DNA of 64,000 nucleotides from a virus, in the IMG/VR virus record IMGVR_UViG_3300047557_002769, positions 99,235 to 163,234 of that record, one strand, 5' to 3'. Of this stretch, positions 5,241 to 14,224 are shown one piece after another. The position numbers and the translations under genes are program-made. How positions within the stretch are numbered: position 1 is the first letter of the stretch; each line of letters opens with the position of its first letter. The notes beneath the pieces were generated by a model that had not been told where the DNA came from, searched no databases, and saw only the letters and a list, made by a program, of their open reading frames with translations.

Positions 5241-6217
5241 CAAGCAGCCTCGGCGTACTCGACAGCCAGCTCCAGAGCCTTCTCTTTCTTAGCACGATTC
5301 AAACCGTACCAAGATGAGGTCAGACGGCTATCACGCGAACGACCCAGAGTATGATCGGTCATGTACGTAACCGTGTTAAAGGCTTGCCACCAAGAACCTT
5401 CGGCAAACCGAGCACCAGGCTGGGTATGCAGAATAGCCATGGCTTCTTCAGCCTGACGAGAGATCGGCAGCTTGGCCAGATCAACCTTCTTAGCCTCATC
5501 CTTAGACAGAGACGGGAACACACGATTAAAATACTCAACCAGCGATTCACGCTTGTACTTCTTCTTACCCAGGAATTCAGCCTGAGCCTTATAGTCATCA
5601 AGCTTATCCTTGGCGATACCCAGCATCGACTTCACCTGATCCCCGTCAAACTTCGAACGATGGTTCACACGAACGCCATGCTTGGCCTCGGAATTGAGTG
5701 CCAGAGTCATGGTGTTGTTACAGACCACGCGAATCGGCGTAAAGCGAATATCAATCGAACGACCGAACTCGTGGGGGTTAGAGAACAGAAGGAAGCCTTC
5801 GATCACATCACCACCAAACACCTCGAACGACTGCTTGATCTTAGCCAGAGCCCAGACCATTTTGCCATCACGAAGAGAACCAGCGGTATCCATTTCCATG
5901 TCACCGGCCAGAACAAAGTCGTTGAAAAACTCAAACGCTTCCTGATTCTGAACAGGATTCCAGTTATCGGTCACCACCGTCAGAACCTTATTATCGGTCG
6001 AACGAACCAGGGCACGAGCCTTAGTCAGAGAAGGACCAGAATCGGTATTAAAGTACAGTTCTTTCTTAACGACAGACCAGTCAAGATTTGCAGCCTTGAG
6101 CATCTGCTCCGGCGACACATCACTCGGCACTTTCTTACCCAGACCATGCCAGGGCGTTTCACCGGCGTAGGCCATCGAAGCAGTACCATCAGCAGCAATT
6201 TCAAGTTCATGAGACAT
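5240..6217 (-). CDS. DUF932 / phage-plasmid LGT family protein
   Basis: PWHGLG, AGSL..GK.VW.LA, TPIRVVCNNT, GSWWQAFN.VT motifs. Confidence 0.88.
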   Translation of the reverse strand: MSHELEIAADGTASMAYAGETPWHGLGKKVPSDVSPEQMLKAANLDWSVVKKELYFNTDSGPSLTKARALVRSTDNKVLTVVTDNWNPVQNQEAFEFFNDFVLAGDMEMDTAGSLRDGKMVWALAKIKQSFEVFGGDVIEGFLLFSNPHEFGRSIDIRFTPIRVVCNNTMTLALNSEAKHGVRVNHRSKFDGDQVKSMLGIAKDKLDDYKAQAEFLGKKKYKRESLVEYFNRVFPSLSKDEAKKVDLAKLPISRQAEEAMAILHTQPGARFAEGSWWQAFNTVTYMTDHTLGRSRDSRLTSSWYGLNRAKKEKALELAVEYAEAA

Positions 6218-6248
6218 TTTCAAGTTCCTTTTCAGTTAATGTACATCA

Positions 6249-6277
6249 ATTATATAGCGGTCGCATGATGAAATCAA
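6249..6277 (-). promoter_or_regulatory. early sigma70 promoter
   Basis: TTGATT-N17-TATAAT. Confidence 0.7.
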
Positions 6278-6282
6278 CTGTT

Positions 6283-6927
6283 TCAGTTAATGTTACGGGT
6301 CATCTTATCCAAATTTTCCCAAAAATCTGCATCTGTCGCGGAAATTTGCTGGTCCAGGAAGGATTCCGTATCAAAAAACTCATACCAACCCGTAGTTACG
6401 TACTTTTCCTGGGTGGGAGACGGGATTCCGCGGTGAATATGCGTAAAATGTGCGGGCCAAACCAGGGTCAACCCCTTTTCCGGCTTGATCCAGGTATTCT
6501 GATACAGAAATTCCGTTTCTCCACCGTCAGTTACGTCGTTCAGATAGGTCATGAAGGCCAGATGACGGCGAAAGTACTGCGGATTCCCGTTATTTTCACA
6601 ATGCCACACCGAATAATGCTTTCCAGGCTCGTATTTCTGAATATTATAGGGAAAAGACAAAGACCAGGAGGCAAGAGACTCGGTAGAATACTTATAAAGT
6701 GCTTTATACTGATTCACCACACCAGACAGAACCTGTTCATAATCGGTTATCAGATCCACATCCATATCGGACGACGGGAGATAGGTATAGCCACGCGCTG
6801 AATGGGCTTGGAAATGATGGGCCCGTCTTGCCTCAAAGTCACTAACCATGCGATCGCAGATATCTTCATCGATGTACCAGCCACCGATGAAGTTCCATGC
6901 ATCATTAATCTTGTGCTGCTTCATCAT
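6283..6927 (-). CDS. 2OG-Fe(II) oxygenase
   Basis: WHCE, YLNDV..GGETEF, WPA.FTH.HRG, KY..TGW motifs. Confidence 0.9.
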   Translation of the reverse strand: MMKQHKINDAWNFIGGWYIDEDICDRMVSDFEARRAHHFQAHSARGYTYLPSSDMDVDLITDYEQVLSGVVNQYKALYKYSTESLASWSLSFPYNIQKYEPGKHYSVWHCENNGNPQYFRRHLAFMTYLNDVTDGGETEFLYQNTWIKPEKGLTLVWPAHFTHIHRGIPSPTQEKYVTTGWYEFFDTESFLDQQISATDADFWENLDKMTRNIN

Positions 6928-7174
6928 TAAAAATATTAGAGTAGATTTTCAGCTTTTCTTGTTTGGCTTTGATACGGTTCCATATATCGGTATCAGAGTA
7001 TTCAATAACCTCGAGATCATAAACTAAGTTAATCATGCACTGAAGATCGGCCAGCTCTTGTTTCAGCTGTTCCTCATTATTAGGCATGCCAAAGCGTTTA
7101 ATCTTACAGATAGCCTGAATAACCTCGGCACACTCTTCGGCTAGAATAGTCAAAATTTCATCGGTTTTATTCAT
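6905..7174 (-). CDS. MazG-like nucleotide pyrophosphohydrolase
   Basis: EECAEVIQA...QELADL. Confidence 0.7.
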   Translation of the reverse strand: MNKTDEILTILAEECAEVIQAICKIKRFGMPNNEEQLKQELADLQCMINLVYDLEVIEYSDTDIWNRIKAKQEKLKIYSNIFNDEAAQD

Positions 7175-7473
7175 CGAATCACAATATCGTTATACACATC
7201 ATCAAGCGCTCCGTCATGATGACCATAGAGATCAAGATTCACATCAGTAGTAGGGAATAGCTGATCGAACAGTTCCTCACTTTTGGTAGTCTCGATGCTT
7301 ACATTGACGCTCTTCCATTGACGAAGAACATGCAGTAGATCATTAATCATCTGTGTAGTATGCAGCGGATCCACATAGGACATAATTTCATATTTTTCAC
7401 GATGATTAGACAAAAAGATGTTAACAGTAAGATCTTCGGTCTTACACGACAGATTTAGTGTTTCATTACTCAT
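7171..7473 (-). CDS. hypothetical protein
   Basis: ORF with AGGA RBS, co-oriented with neighbours. Confidence 0.6.
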   Translation of the reverse strand: MSNETLNLSCKTEDLTVNIFLSNHREKYEIMSYVDPLHTTQMINDLLHVLRQWKSVNVSIETTKSEELFDQLFPTTDVNLDLYGHHDGALDDVYNDIVIR

Positions 7474-7907
7474 GATATTCCTTAAAAGAAGAGAAGAACA
7501 ATTGGGCTAACAATCATACTGATCACCGTAAAGAGAATGAACAGTAGAATACAAGAACCAACAAATTGAAGCATGATATAGCCTTTGTTAGCGCGCGCAG
7601 AAAAATTCCGGGGGTTTAGCGCGCGGAAAAATTTTTAAAAAAGGGGGGACCGTTAACGCCTGTAAACTAGTTGTATAGAGCAACTATACTTTTTTTCAGA
7701 AGTTGAGTGCCACAGTACTATAGTACCACTGTTATTATACTACAAAGCCGTTAATACGGCAACTCCTCGTCCCTATCCATAGTCTCAGCCACAGCCTCTA
7801 CGAAAGACATGGGTACGTTAAGAAACCTTGCGGTCTCTGCATGCGACATGCCCTCTTCCAGGCACTCTTGAATATCCAGCATGAGTTCTGACATTTTCGA
7901 CATATTC

Positions 7908-8090
7908 TTAGTCCGTATAAACAACCACCGTAGCACGACCGTCTTGGTAGCGCTCGACGTAGCCACCGAAGCAAGGATCACCGTCTACTTCGACGAGAAT
8001 CTCATTGTCGGTCTTCTTCTGATCGTTCTCATCGAGTTCGACCGTACAGGTATACTTAGCGTAGCCAATGCTTTTAGAAAGGATTTTCAT
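7908..8090 (-). CDS. hypothetical early protein
   Basis: ORF in tightly packed run. Confidence 0.55.
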   Translation of the reverse strand: MKILSKSIGYAKYTCTVELDENDQKKTDNEILVEVDGDPCFGGYVERYQDGRATVVVYTD

Positions 8091-8091
8091 A

Positions 8092-8286
8092 TTAATACTT
8101 GAAGAAATCTACAACACGACCTTGTTCATTGACGATACGTGTGACCACATACGTCTCATCCAGTCTGCCTTTTGCCATCATACGAGCATCATCAAGATCC
8201 TCGAAATAAAGTACTTCGTCAGAAAGACCGGTCAGACCGTAGTATGTACCGTTCTTGTCTTGTAGTTCGATGTAGTATTCACTCAT
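8092..8286 (-). CDS. hypothetical early protein
   Basis: ORF, translationally coupled to upstream gene. Confidence 0.6.
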   Translation of the reverse strand: MSEYYIELQDKNGTYYGLTGLSDEVLYFEDLDDARMMAKGRLDETYVVTRIVNEQGRVVDFFKY

Positions 8287-8480
8287 AGGAAGTCGTAAGA
8301 AGTTTCGTTACCAGACTTGACGAAGGACAGAGCCGCCGTCACATTATTCCACAGATGATTAAAGACCTTGACAGCTTCTGCGCTATCGTTCGTGGTCAGG
8401 AACAGAGTACCGTTGGCAAAGTAAGCCGGAGTATCCGTCACCTCAGCCACCACATTCAGAACATGTTTCTCGAATCCCAT
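8283..8480 (-). CDS. hypothetical early protein
   Basis: AGGAG RBS after promoter. Confidence 0.65.
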   Translation of the reverse strand: MGFEKHVLNVVAEVTDTPAYFANGTLFLTTNDSAEAVKVFNHLWNNVTAALSFVKSGNETSYDFL

Positions 8481-8729
8481 ATCGTTTCTCCTATCGATAC
8501 GTGTATTATACTGGCTTTGGTCCTGAGTGCAACTGGTACCGGATCAGACCGTAGGGTCTTCCGTCATCTCTGCAACAGCTTTCGCGATCCCAAGATCCCA
8601 CATCGGCCGGGTGACTTCATGCCACTGGTCGATGAAAAGGACATCACGCTTGCCGTTGCTAATCCGAACAACCAGCGTACCGTTGCGGAAAGGGCGTTCA
8701 ATTCGCGAAACCGTCATGTTACTTTCTCC

Positions 8730-8963
8730 TTACTCGTAGCTGTAGCAGGCGTACATGTTCAGATCGTGCTCGGCGCACAACCGATCCCAGTACATGTCAT
8801 CGTACTGAGCCTCGACGACCTCGTCCTTGGCCTCGTCAGCCAGCATCTGAAGTTCGGCGTTGATGTCTTCGATCATAGCATCCTTCTCCATGGCAATCAT
8901 CATGTCGTTCAGCAGGTTGCCAAACGCTGCATCGTACTCGGCGGTGGTGATTTCATTCATCAT
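8730..8963 (-). CDS. acidic hypothetical early protein (likely leaderless)
   Basis: ATG just downstream of TATAAT. Confidence 0.6.
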   Translation of the reverse strand: MMNEITTAEYDAAFGNLLNDMMIAMEKDAMIEDINAELQMLADEAKDEVVEAQYDDMYWDRLCAEHDLNMYACYSYE

Positions 8964-9009
8964 ACGTCGTATTATAGTGCGTTTGGTCCTGAGTGCAACT
9001 AGTACCGGA

Positions 9010-9240
9010 TCAAGCCGGCTGGACTTTGTTCAGGAATTCCGGTACACGGATCAGGTTCTCCGAGTACTCGCGGGAGCCGGAGCCACGGCGAGCATGCACA
9101 CCATAGGAATCCGGGCGAACCACGAACCACTTTTGATCGCCGTAGCCACTCTCCGTCCACAGCAGCGTACCCTGCCACTCGAACGAGATCTCTTTGACGT
9201 TGACGCGCGTACCGTTTTCCATCATGTTCTCCTTAACCAT
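9010..9240 (-). CDS. hypothetical early protein
   Basis: ORF following repeat promoter. Confidence 0.6.
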   Translation of the reverse strand: MVKENMMENGTRVNVKEISFEWQGTLLWTESGYGDQKWFVVRPDSYGVHARRGSGSREYSENLIRVPEFLNKVQPA

Positions 9241-9285
9241 GTACCAATTATAGGCCAGCGAGACCAGAAGTGCAACAGCGTAGCC

Positions 9286-9426
9286 CTAGTATCCTGACGG
9301 CTTGCTCAGGTTTATCTTCTCCTGGCGACGCTCGGCCTTACGGCTCTTCTGATGCTTACCCGCTTTGGGCTTGCATTTCAGAAGAGCGAGTACGACATGA
9401 TTACGAGGTTTGGATTTCCTTTTCAT
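9286..9426 (-). CDS. small basic peptide (46 aa)
   Basis: hand translation MKRKSKPRNHVVLALLKCKPKAGKHQKSRKAERRQEKINLSKPSGY. Confidence 0.5.
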   Translation of the reverse strand: MKRKSKPRNHVVLALLKCKPKAGKHQKSRKAERRQEKINLSKPSGY

Positions 9427-9442
9427 AATTGGGACCAAATAA

Positions 9443-9494
9443 CATAGATCTTATATTGCCTGGCACATAAAATCCATATGTGGACGGATGAGAA
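9443..9494 (-). repeat. 52-bp element, copy A (27 bp identical to 63388-63414)
   Basis: taaaatccatatgtggacggatgagaa exact match; ungapped similarity over 52 bp. Confidence 0.85.
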
Positions 9495-9499
9495 AAGGC

Positions 9500-10390
9500 T
9501 TATGCGCCTTGAGTCAATACGTATTTAGCAAGCGACTTCCAATCACCACCGCGATTGGCGATCTTCGATACCTGAATCAGACTACGAAGAGACAGATTAG
9601 GTACTTTGCCGATCTGAGTCTTCAGGAATTCGAGAGCAATCGATTTGACTTTCTTGTCGATCTCCGGAAGGAAATCAGACGAGTCAGCAATCACTTCCAT
9701 ACGCTCAAGCTTCTGACCCTCAGTCATCGAGAGATCAACCACCATAGCACGAGTACGAATGGCTTGATCGATCTTCTCCAGAGGCATATTGCTCACGAAG
9801 ATAACACGACCGGTGAATTCGAATGACTTCGGCAGATCGTCATCACGCATATCAGCCATCCAAGAGATATAGCGCTTGGAATAGCTATCCAGAGCACCCT
9901 TCAGGAGGTTTCGAGCAACATCGTCCTTCAGAATCGAATCGCAGTCATCGAATACAATCGTCATGCCATTGCATTCAAACAGAGTACGATACAGACCCTT
10001 AGCGGTCGAAAAGCCCTTGACCACGCGATAGGACTTAGACGTATTGATACGAGTACCGACTTCAAAGCCAGCCAGATCGGTGATATTCTTGAGACCAGCA
10101 GCCTCGAGAGACTTCATCACGGTATACGACTTGCCGAGACCACCCTCACCGGTAATCACAACAGACGGCATCGTGCCATCGGCAATCATCGAGACCATTT
10201 GCTCGACAAAGCTAAAGCGCTGATTGATACCGAATTCGGAAACCGGAGCCGGGTTAGCCTTGAACGACTCACCCATCTCGGCGACCTTACGCTTGACATA
10301 GTACTCGGACGTCGACTTCACGACAGCCTTGCCATTGACGTAACCCACGAACTTACCGTTTTCGAACTTGATCATTTTGTGTTCCTTCAA
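9500..10390 (-). CDS. P-loop/AAA+ ATPase
   Basis: Walker A GEGGLGKS, Walker B IVFDD. Confidence 0.85.
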   Translation of the reverse strand: MKEHKMIKFENGKFVGYVNGKAVVKSTSEYYVKRKVAEMGESFKANPAPVSEFGINQRFSFVEQMVSMIADGTMPSVVITGEGGLGKSYTVMKSLEAAGLKNITDLAGFEVGTRINTSKSYRVVKGFSTAKGLYRTLFECNGMTIVFDDCDSILKDDVARNLLKGALDSYSKRYISWMADMRDDDLPKSFEFTGRVIFVSNMPLEKIDQAIRTRAMVVDLSMTEGQKLERMEVIADSSDFLPEIDKKVKSIALEFLKTQIGKVPNLSLRSLIQVSKIANRGGDWKSLAKYVLTQGA

Positions 10391-10450
10391 TCGATGTATC
10401 GATTATAGGACCTTTCGGTCCCGAGTGCAACCAGTACCGTTATGCCTTGC

Positions 10451-10813
10451 TCAGGCTTTCTTGAAGTAGTTGTACGGGAGTCCGTGCTGGTAGGCCAGGT
10501 AATCCCAGTCGCCAAAGCAATCGCTGGATTCCATGATCCAACGCAGTGCCGTCTCACGGTCACCGGCACCGGAAGCGATCGTCTGCTCGATCAGCTTACC
10601 AAAGCGAACCACAGCCTGGGCCTGAGCCTCGCGCTCGAAAGCCATCTCACGCTCCAGGACCTGGCACAGCCAATCCCATTCGGCTTGCTTCTCTTCATCG
10701 GTAGCCTTGGCCCAGCGCTCCCAGAAGCCCTCGCCAGGGCGATAGCCGTAGGCGTCCTTGTGCAGATCAGAGATCAGGTCGTCGGAGAAGGTGTAGGTTT
10801 TTTCATTCATCAT
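10451..10813 (-). CDS. hypothetical early protein
   Basis: start revised to MMNEKTYTFSDD after promoter; SDLHKDAYGYRP motif. Confidence 0.7.
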   Translation of the reverse strand: MMNEKTYTFSDDLISDLHKDAYGYRPGEGFWERWAKATDEEKQAEWDWLCQVLEREMAFEREAQAQAVVRFGKLIEQTIASGAGDRETALRWIMESSDCFGDWDYLAYQHGLPYNYFKKA

Positions 10814-11059
10814 ACGACGTATTATAGGGGCTTCCGACCGAAGTGCAACTGTTTGGTCCAAGTACCTGAGCAGGAAGTACGGTTGAAATACACATAGGCA
10901 CTCTCGCCGTCCATCCCCCTCTGTTCGACCTGGTCCATTATAGGCTAGCAGGACCAGAAGTGCAACTGTTACGTTGCACCAGGCGTCACCATTCTCCGGC
11001 GATGATGATTGCAATGCCCATGGCGATGATAGGCGAGGACAGGATGAGAAGAGTAGTGA

Positions 11060-11548
11060 TCATTGGTTCTCCAGAATAGTGCAGACTTGTTCGGCGAGCG
11101 CGGCTTGACGTTCCCAGGCCTCGAGCTCCCACGGTTGATCGCGATAGGCCTTGTAGGTAGTACCCTTGTTGAAGGAGATCGAACCGTTCCAGACATGAGT
11201 CCAACCACGGCTAACCCAGGTCTTCTCCAGACGCCCGGTATGATACTGTTCGGCATGCACCATCTCGTGGCAGAGCACCTCCAGGGCCTTAGCCCAGTCC
11301 AGGCGACAATCGATCTCTGCCATACGCTCGCCGTTGAAGTAGCGACCGTTGGTATTGCGTGCCTTGATAGGGGCTACGCGAATGGTGACATCCTTAGGCA
11401 GCTTCAAGAGCTTTCTCAGGATCGGCATCGCCTTCCGAACCACCACCACAACCTCGGCAGCCTGCTTGTTCAGCTTCTTGTTGTAGATCGCCGACAGCGA
11501 CATCACAACACCCGGGGCCACAAATTTGTCTGTAAGCTTCATCATCAT
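11060..11548 (-). CDS. zincin-like metallopeptidase domain protein
   Basis: LCHEMVHAEQY (HExxH) plus PWELEA. Confidence 0.75.
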   Translation of the reverse strand: MMMKLTDKFVAPGVVMSLSAIYNKKLNKQAAEVVVVVRKAMPILRKLLKLPKDVTIRVAPIKARNTNGRYFNGERMAEIDCRLDWAKALEVLCHEMVHAEQYHTGRLEKTWVSRGWTHVWNGSISFNKGTTYKAYRDQPWELEAWERQAALAEQVCTILENQ

Positions 11549-11620
11549 TTCCTAATCGATGTATCCATTATAGGACCAAACGAGGAAAGTGCAACTAGTA
11601 CCGGTACGATTTGCTCAGGT

Positions 11621-11643
11621 AAAAAGCCCCGTGACGTGGGGCC
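11621..11643 (-). terminator. intrinsic terminator
   Basis: GCCCC-loop-GGGGC-TTTTT. Confidence 0.6.
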
Positions 11644-11773
11644 AGACGATCCACTCTAAGTCACCCTGACAGTCTGGTGGCCGTCCCTGTCATGGTTTGC
11701 TAAGGGGCGCCCAGTTCTTGCGGTCGTTTAAGAGTAGGCGGGCGTACCCGCAACATCCACTCCCCCTATACTA

Positions 11774-12337
11774 TCAAAGACCGGCGAAAGGAGATGCTAC
11801 GGTAGCACCCGAGGCCTTGAGACCAGCGATCACCGCATCGATCTCAGCGACTTTCTTCGCAGCCTGAGCCGGGGTCGTCTCGGTGATCGGGTTGATCTTG
11901 CGAGCCGGCTTCGAAGCCTTCGCGGTCTTTGCAACCTTCTCGCCCTTGACCGGCTCAACACCCAGAGCCTTCACGGCCTTGGTGAAATAGACGTATGCGT
12001 TCGAGCGAGTCACACCCAGAGTCTCAACGATAGTAGCGATCGCCACTGCACGATCCGGGTTAGCGCGAACGATGTCGGTAGCGCGAGAGAGGTTGGTCAC
12101 TTTAGTCATCATGTATCCTTTCGTGTCTTCAGTATGTGTATTACGGCTCTTCTTGGGCTTCAGTGCAACTGGTTCGGTCGATACCTTAGCCGCTCGCTTG
12201 GTCTTTCGGTCACCGGGGTAGCCAGGATAGGGTTCCCCTAACGGTCGCTTGGGATCCATTAGCCATTTGTTATAATGAGCCAATCGATCCTCACCGGCTT
12301 TCCAGTCCATATCGATCGTATAATTAACTCGCTTCAA
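11774..12337 (-). CDS. basic hypothetical protein (internal promoter and RBS suggest a second start near 12110)
   Basis: Lys/Ala-rich ORF; promoter motif at 12140-12168 lies inside it. Confidence 0.6.
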   Translation of the reverse strand: MKRVNYTIDMDWKAGEDRLAHYNKWLMDPKRPLGEPYPGYPGDRKTKRAAKVSTEPVALKPKKSRNTHTEDTKGYMMTKVTNLSRATDIVRANPDRAVAIATIVETLGVTRSNAYVYFTKAVKALGVEPVKGEKVAKTAKASKPARKINPITETTPAQAAKKVAEIDAVIAGLKASGATVASPFAGL

Positions 12338-12645
12338 AACAAATCCTCAAGAGACATTTCTTTTACGTAATTGCGAATAGCCGATTGCATCGGTTTCGAA
12401 ACAATATCAGCATTCATATAATCAGGATCGAAACGATTAGCTGTGAATTCAATCGCTTGATTAATGACCATATCGCGATATTCTTTAATCGTAATAGCTT
12501 CGCGCTCTTCCACAGAGAGCTCGAGAACCATATCGCCAACGAATTCAGTAGCGCTTTCGATCGAATTCTTCATCAGACCCTGAATCAGATTATCGAAATC
12601 GTTGAAAGTATATTCGTTCATTTCGTTTCCTTTTTCATTCATCAT
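12334..12645 (-). CDS. hypothetical early protein
   Basis: ORF after repeat promoter. Confidence 0.6.
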   Translation of the reverse strand: MMNEKGNEMNEYTFNDFDNLIQGLMKNSIESATEFVGDMVLELSVEEREAITIKEYRDMVINQAIEFTANRFDPDYMNADIVSKPMQSAIRNYVKEMSLEDLF

Positions 12646-12691
12646 ACGTGAATTATAGACCAAACCGAACCGAAGTGCAACTGATACCGGA

Positions 12692-12916
12692 TCAATTTGC
12701 TCGGTCGGGGAACGCGGGCTTGGTCAGAGCATGAACCGTCCTGAGGATCTCCATCTGATTCAGAGCAGGAAGCTCGGACATAGCCGTCACCAGCAGCGAA
12801 TGCAGAACACCGCTCGAGAACGCAACATTCTTCTGAGCATCAGCCATGATCCGCAGCGCTTCATCGATTTCCGCACGAGTCATCTTAGCCATCTTGTTTC
12901 CTTTCTCATTCAACAT
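12692..12916 (-). CDS. hypothetical early protein
   Basis: ORF after repeat promoter; AAAGGA RBS. Confidence 0.6.
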   Translation of the reverse strand: MLNEKGNKMAKMTRAEIDEALRIMADAQKNVAFSSGVLHSLLVTAMSELPALNQMEILRTVHALTKPAFPDRAN

Positions 12917-12981
12917 ACACGTATTGTAACGGATCCGGACCAGAAGTGCAACTCAGTACCGGATCGCCCGGTACGGTTATA

Positions 12982-13245
12982 CTAGCACTCAGGATCGAAA
13001 TCATGCCATTCCTGAGCCTCGTCAGGCTGGCCATCGGACTCGCGATCGTACTCATCCTGCAATTCCTCAGAGAGATTCATGAAATCCTCACAGGCATTGA
13101 AGAGCTCTTGAAATGCTCGCTTTTCCTCACGAGACATGTCAAACATGAAGCCAACACCCTCATCCTTCATGGCATTGATGATTTGATTCATAGCCAGAAG
13201 AGTGTTCTCGCACATGCAGTAGGACATATTGGGGTAATTTGCCAT
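12982..13245 (-). CDS. hypothetical early protein
   Basis: start revised to MANYPNMSYCMCENT after AGGAG; C-terminal GQPDEAQEWHDFDPEC. Confidence 0.7.
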   Translation of the reverse strand: MANYPNMSYCMCENTLLAMNQIINAMKDEGVGFMFDMSREEKRAFQELFNACEDFMNLSEELQDEYDRESDGQPDEAQEWHDFDPEC

Positions 13246-13339
13246 CTCAGATCTCCTAATCGATGTACGTATTGTAACGGATCGGGACCAGAAGTGCAAC
13301 CCGGTACCTGACTGAACCGTAAGGGTATCAGTGAAACTT

Positions 13340-13537
13340 TCAGTTGAAGTATTCGCGGGAAATACGGAACTTTTCGTTCTCTTCCTCAGAGATAGCAAAG
13401 TCCTCGGCATCAGCCTTCGTATAGAGAGAGCCTACGATTACCCCATCAAAGGGATTAACCACATGCCAGATATCCTCTTCGCGATCGTAAACAACAGTGA
13501 GATTCCGTTCCATCATGTGCTCCTTAGTATGTTCCAA
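13340..13537 (-). CDS. hypothetical early protein
   Basis: AAGGAG RBS after promoter; true start probably MMERNL. Confidence 0.55.
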   Translation of the reverse strand: MEHTKEHMMERNLTVVYDREEDIWHVVNPFDGVIVGSLYTKADAEDFAISEEENEKFRISREYFN

Positions 13538-13612
13538 TTATAGGACCAAAGGAGATTAAGTGCAAGCCAGAGGGAAAATACCGGAGCCAGCCGTAGGGAT
13601 ACTGCCCAAAAT

Positions 13613-13641
13613 TTGCCCTTTCCCAGGAAAAAGGCTATAAT
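13613..13641 (+). promoter_or_regulatory. divergent + strand sigma70-type promoter
   Basis: TTGCCC-N17-TATAAT with no convincing downstream ORF. Confidence 0.55.
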
Positions 13642-13839
13642 CATAGTGTCGAACAGAGGGGGATGGACGTGGAGGGTGGCCGAGGGCCCGGGAACCGGCA
13701 GGGAGAAAAAGCCTGTTTTCCCCAGAAAAAGTGTGTGAATATACTGCGAAACTCAGGAATAGTGGGCGAATATACACCAGCGCGCTATAATACTATTCTT
13801 ATTTTGGTCCCGTACCAATTTATAATATACACATACGCG

Positions 13840-13892
13840 GGTATTAGTTTAAGTTAGTAGCCTATACTATAGGTATTAGTTTAAGTTAGTAG
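13840..13892. repeat. 21-bp direct repeat ggtattagtttaagttagtag x2
   Basis: copies at 13840-13860 and 13872-13892. Confidence 0.85.
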
Positions 13893-14076
13893 AATCGTTA
13901 ATTAGCTTATAGATTCTATCTAGATTTTGATATTTTGACATACCATAAGGAGGTACAATAGTATATTCTATACCGTTTTTTAGTCTAACGAATGCAGTAT
14001 CAGTGTATTCTCTTACATATACACATGCAACTTCATCCGGATTAACATAGTCATTATCCGTTAGTTTAATAAGCAT
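13876..14076 (-). CDS. hypothetical protein
   Basis: ORF MLIKLTDNDYVNPDEV. Confidence 0.6.
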   Translation of the reverse strand: MLIKLTDNDYVNPDEVACVYVREYTDTAFVRLKNGIEYTIVPPYGMSKYQNLDRIYKLINDSTNLN

Positions 14077-14224
14077 TATTCATAGTCCTTATTCTTAATA
14101 CGTTTATCTCTCTTAAACCATTTCTTACACTTTTCCATTTTAAAGATGAATAGATCGTCCCATTTGATCTTATTCAATTTTTTTCTATATCTGGAAACGT
14201 ATTGTTTAAGCTCTCTAGGCCCTT

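Larger units (their letters stand above)
8505..13565 (-). repeat. 12 dispersed copies of an early-promoter motif (GGTAC..GTTGCACT-spacer-TATAAT/TACAAT)
   Basis: -10 boxes start at about 8505, 8971, 9247, 10402, 10821, 10937, 11567, 12140, 12652, 12923, 13271, 13537; -35 TTGCAC, 16-17 nt spacers. Confidence 0.85.

Noticed and set aside
9286-9426. ArfA-like ribosome rescue factor
   Set aside because: Only basic composition and size are similar; the KGKGS motif is absent.
5351-13311. Long + strand ORFs (e.g. 5351-6268, 8355-9002, 11063-11659)
   Set aside because: Antisense shadows of GC-richer - strand genes; no RBS or recognisable motifs.
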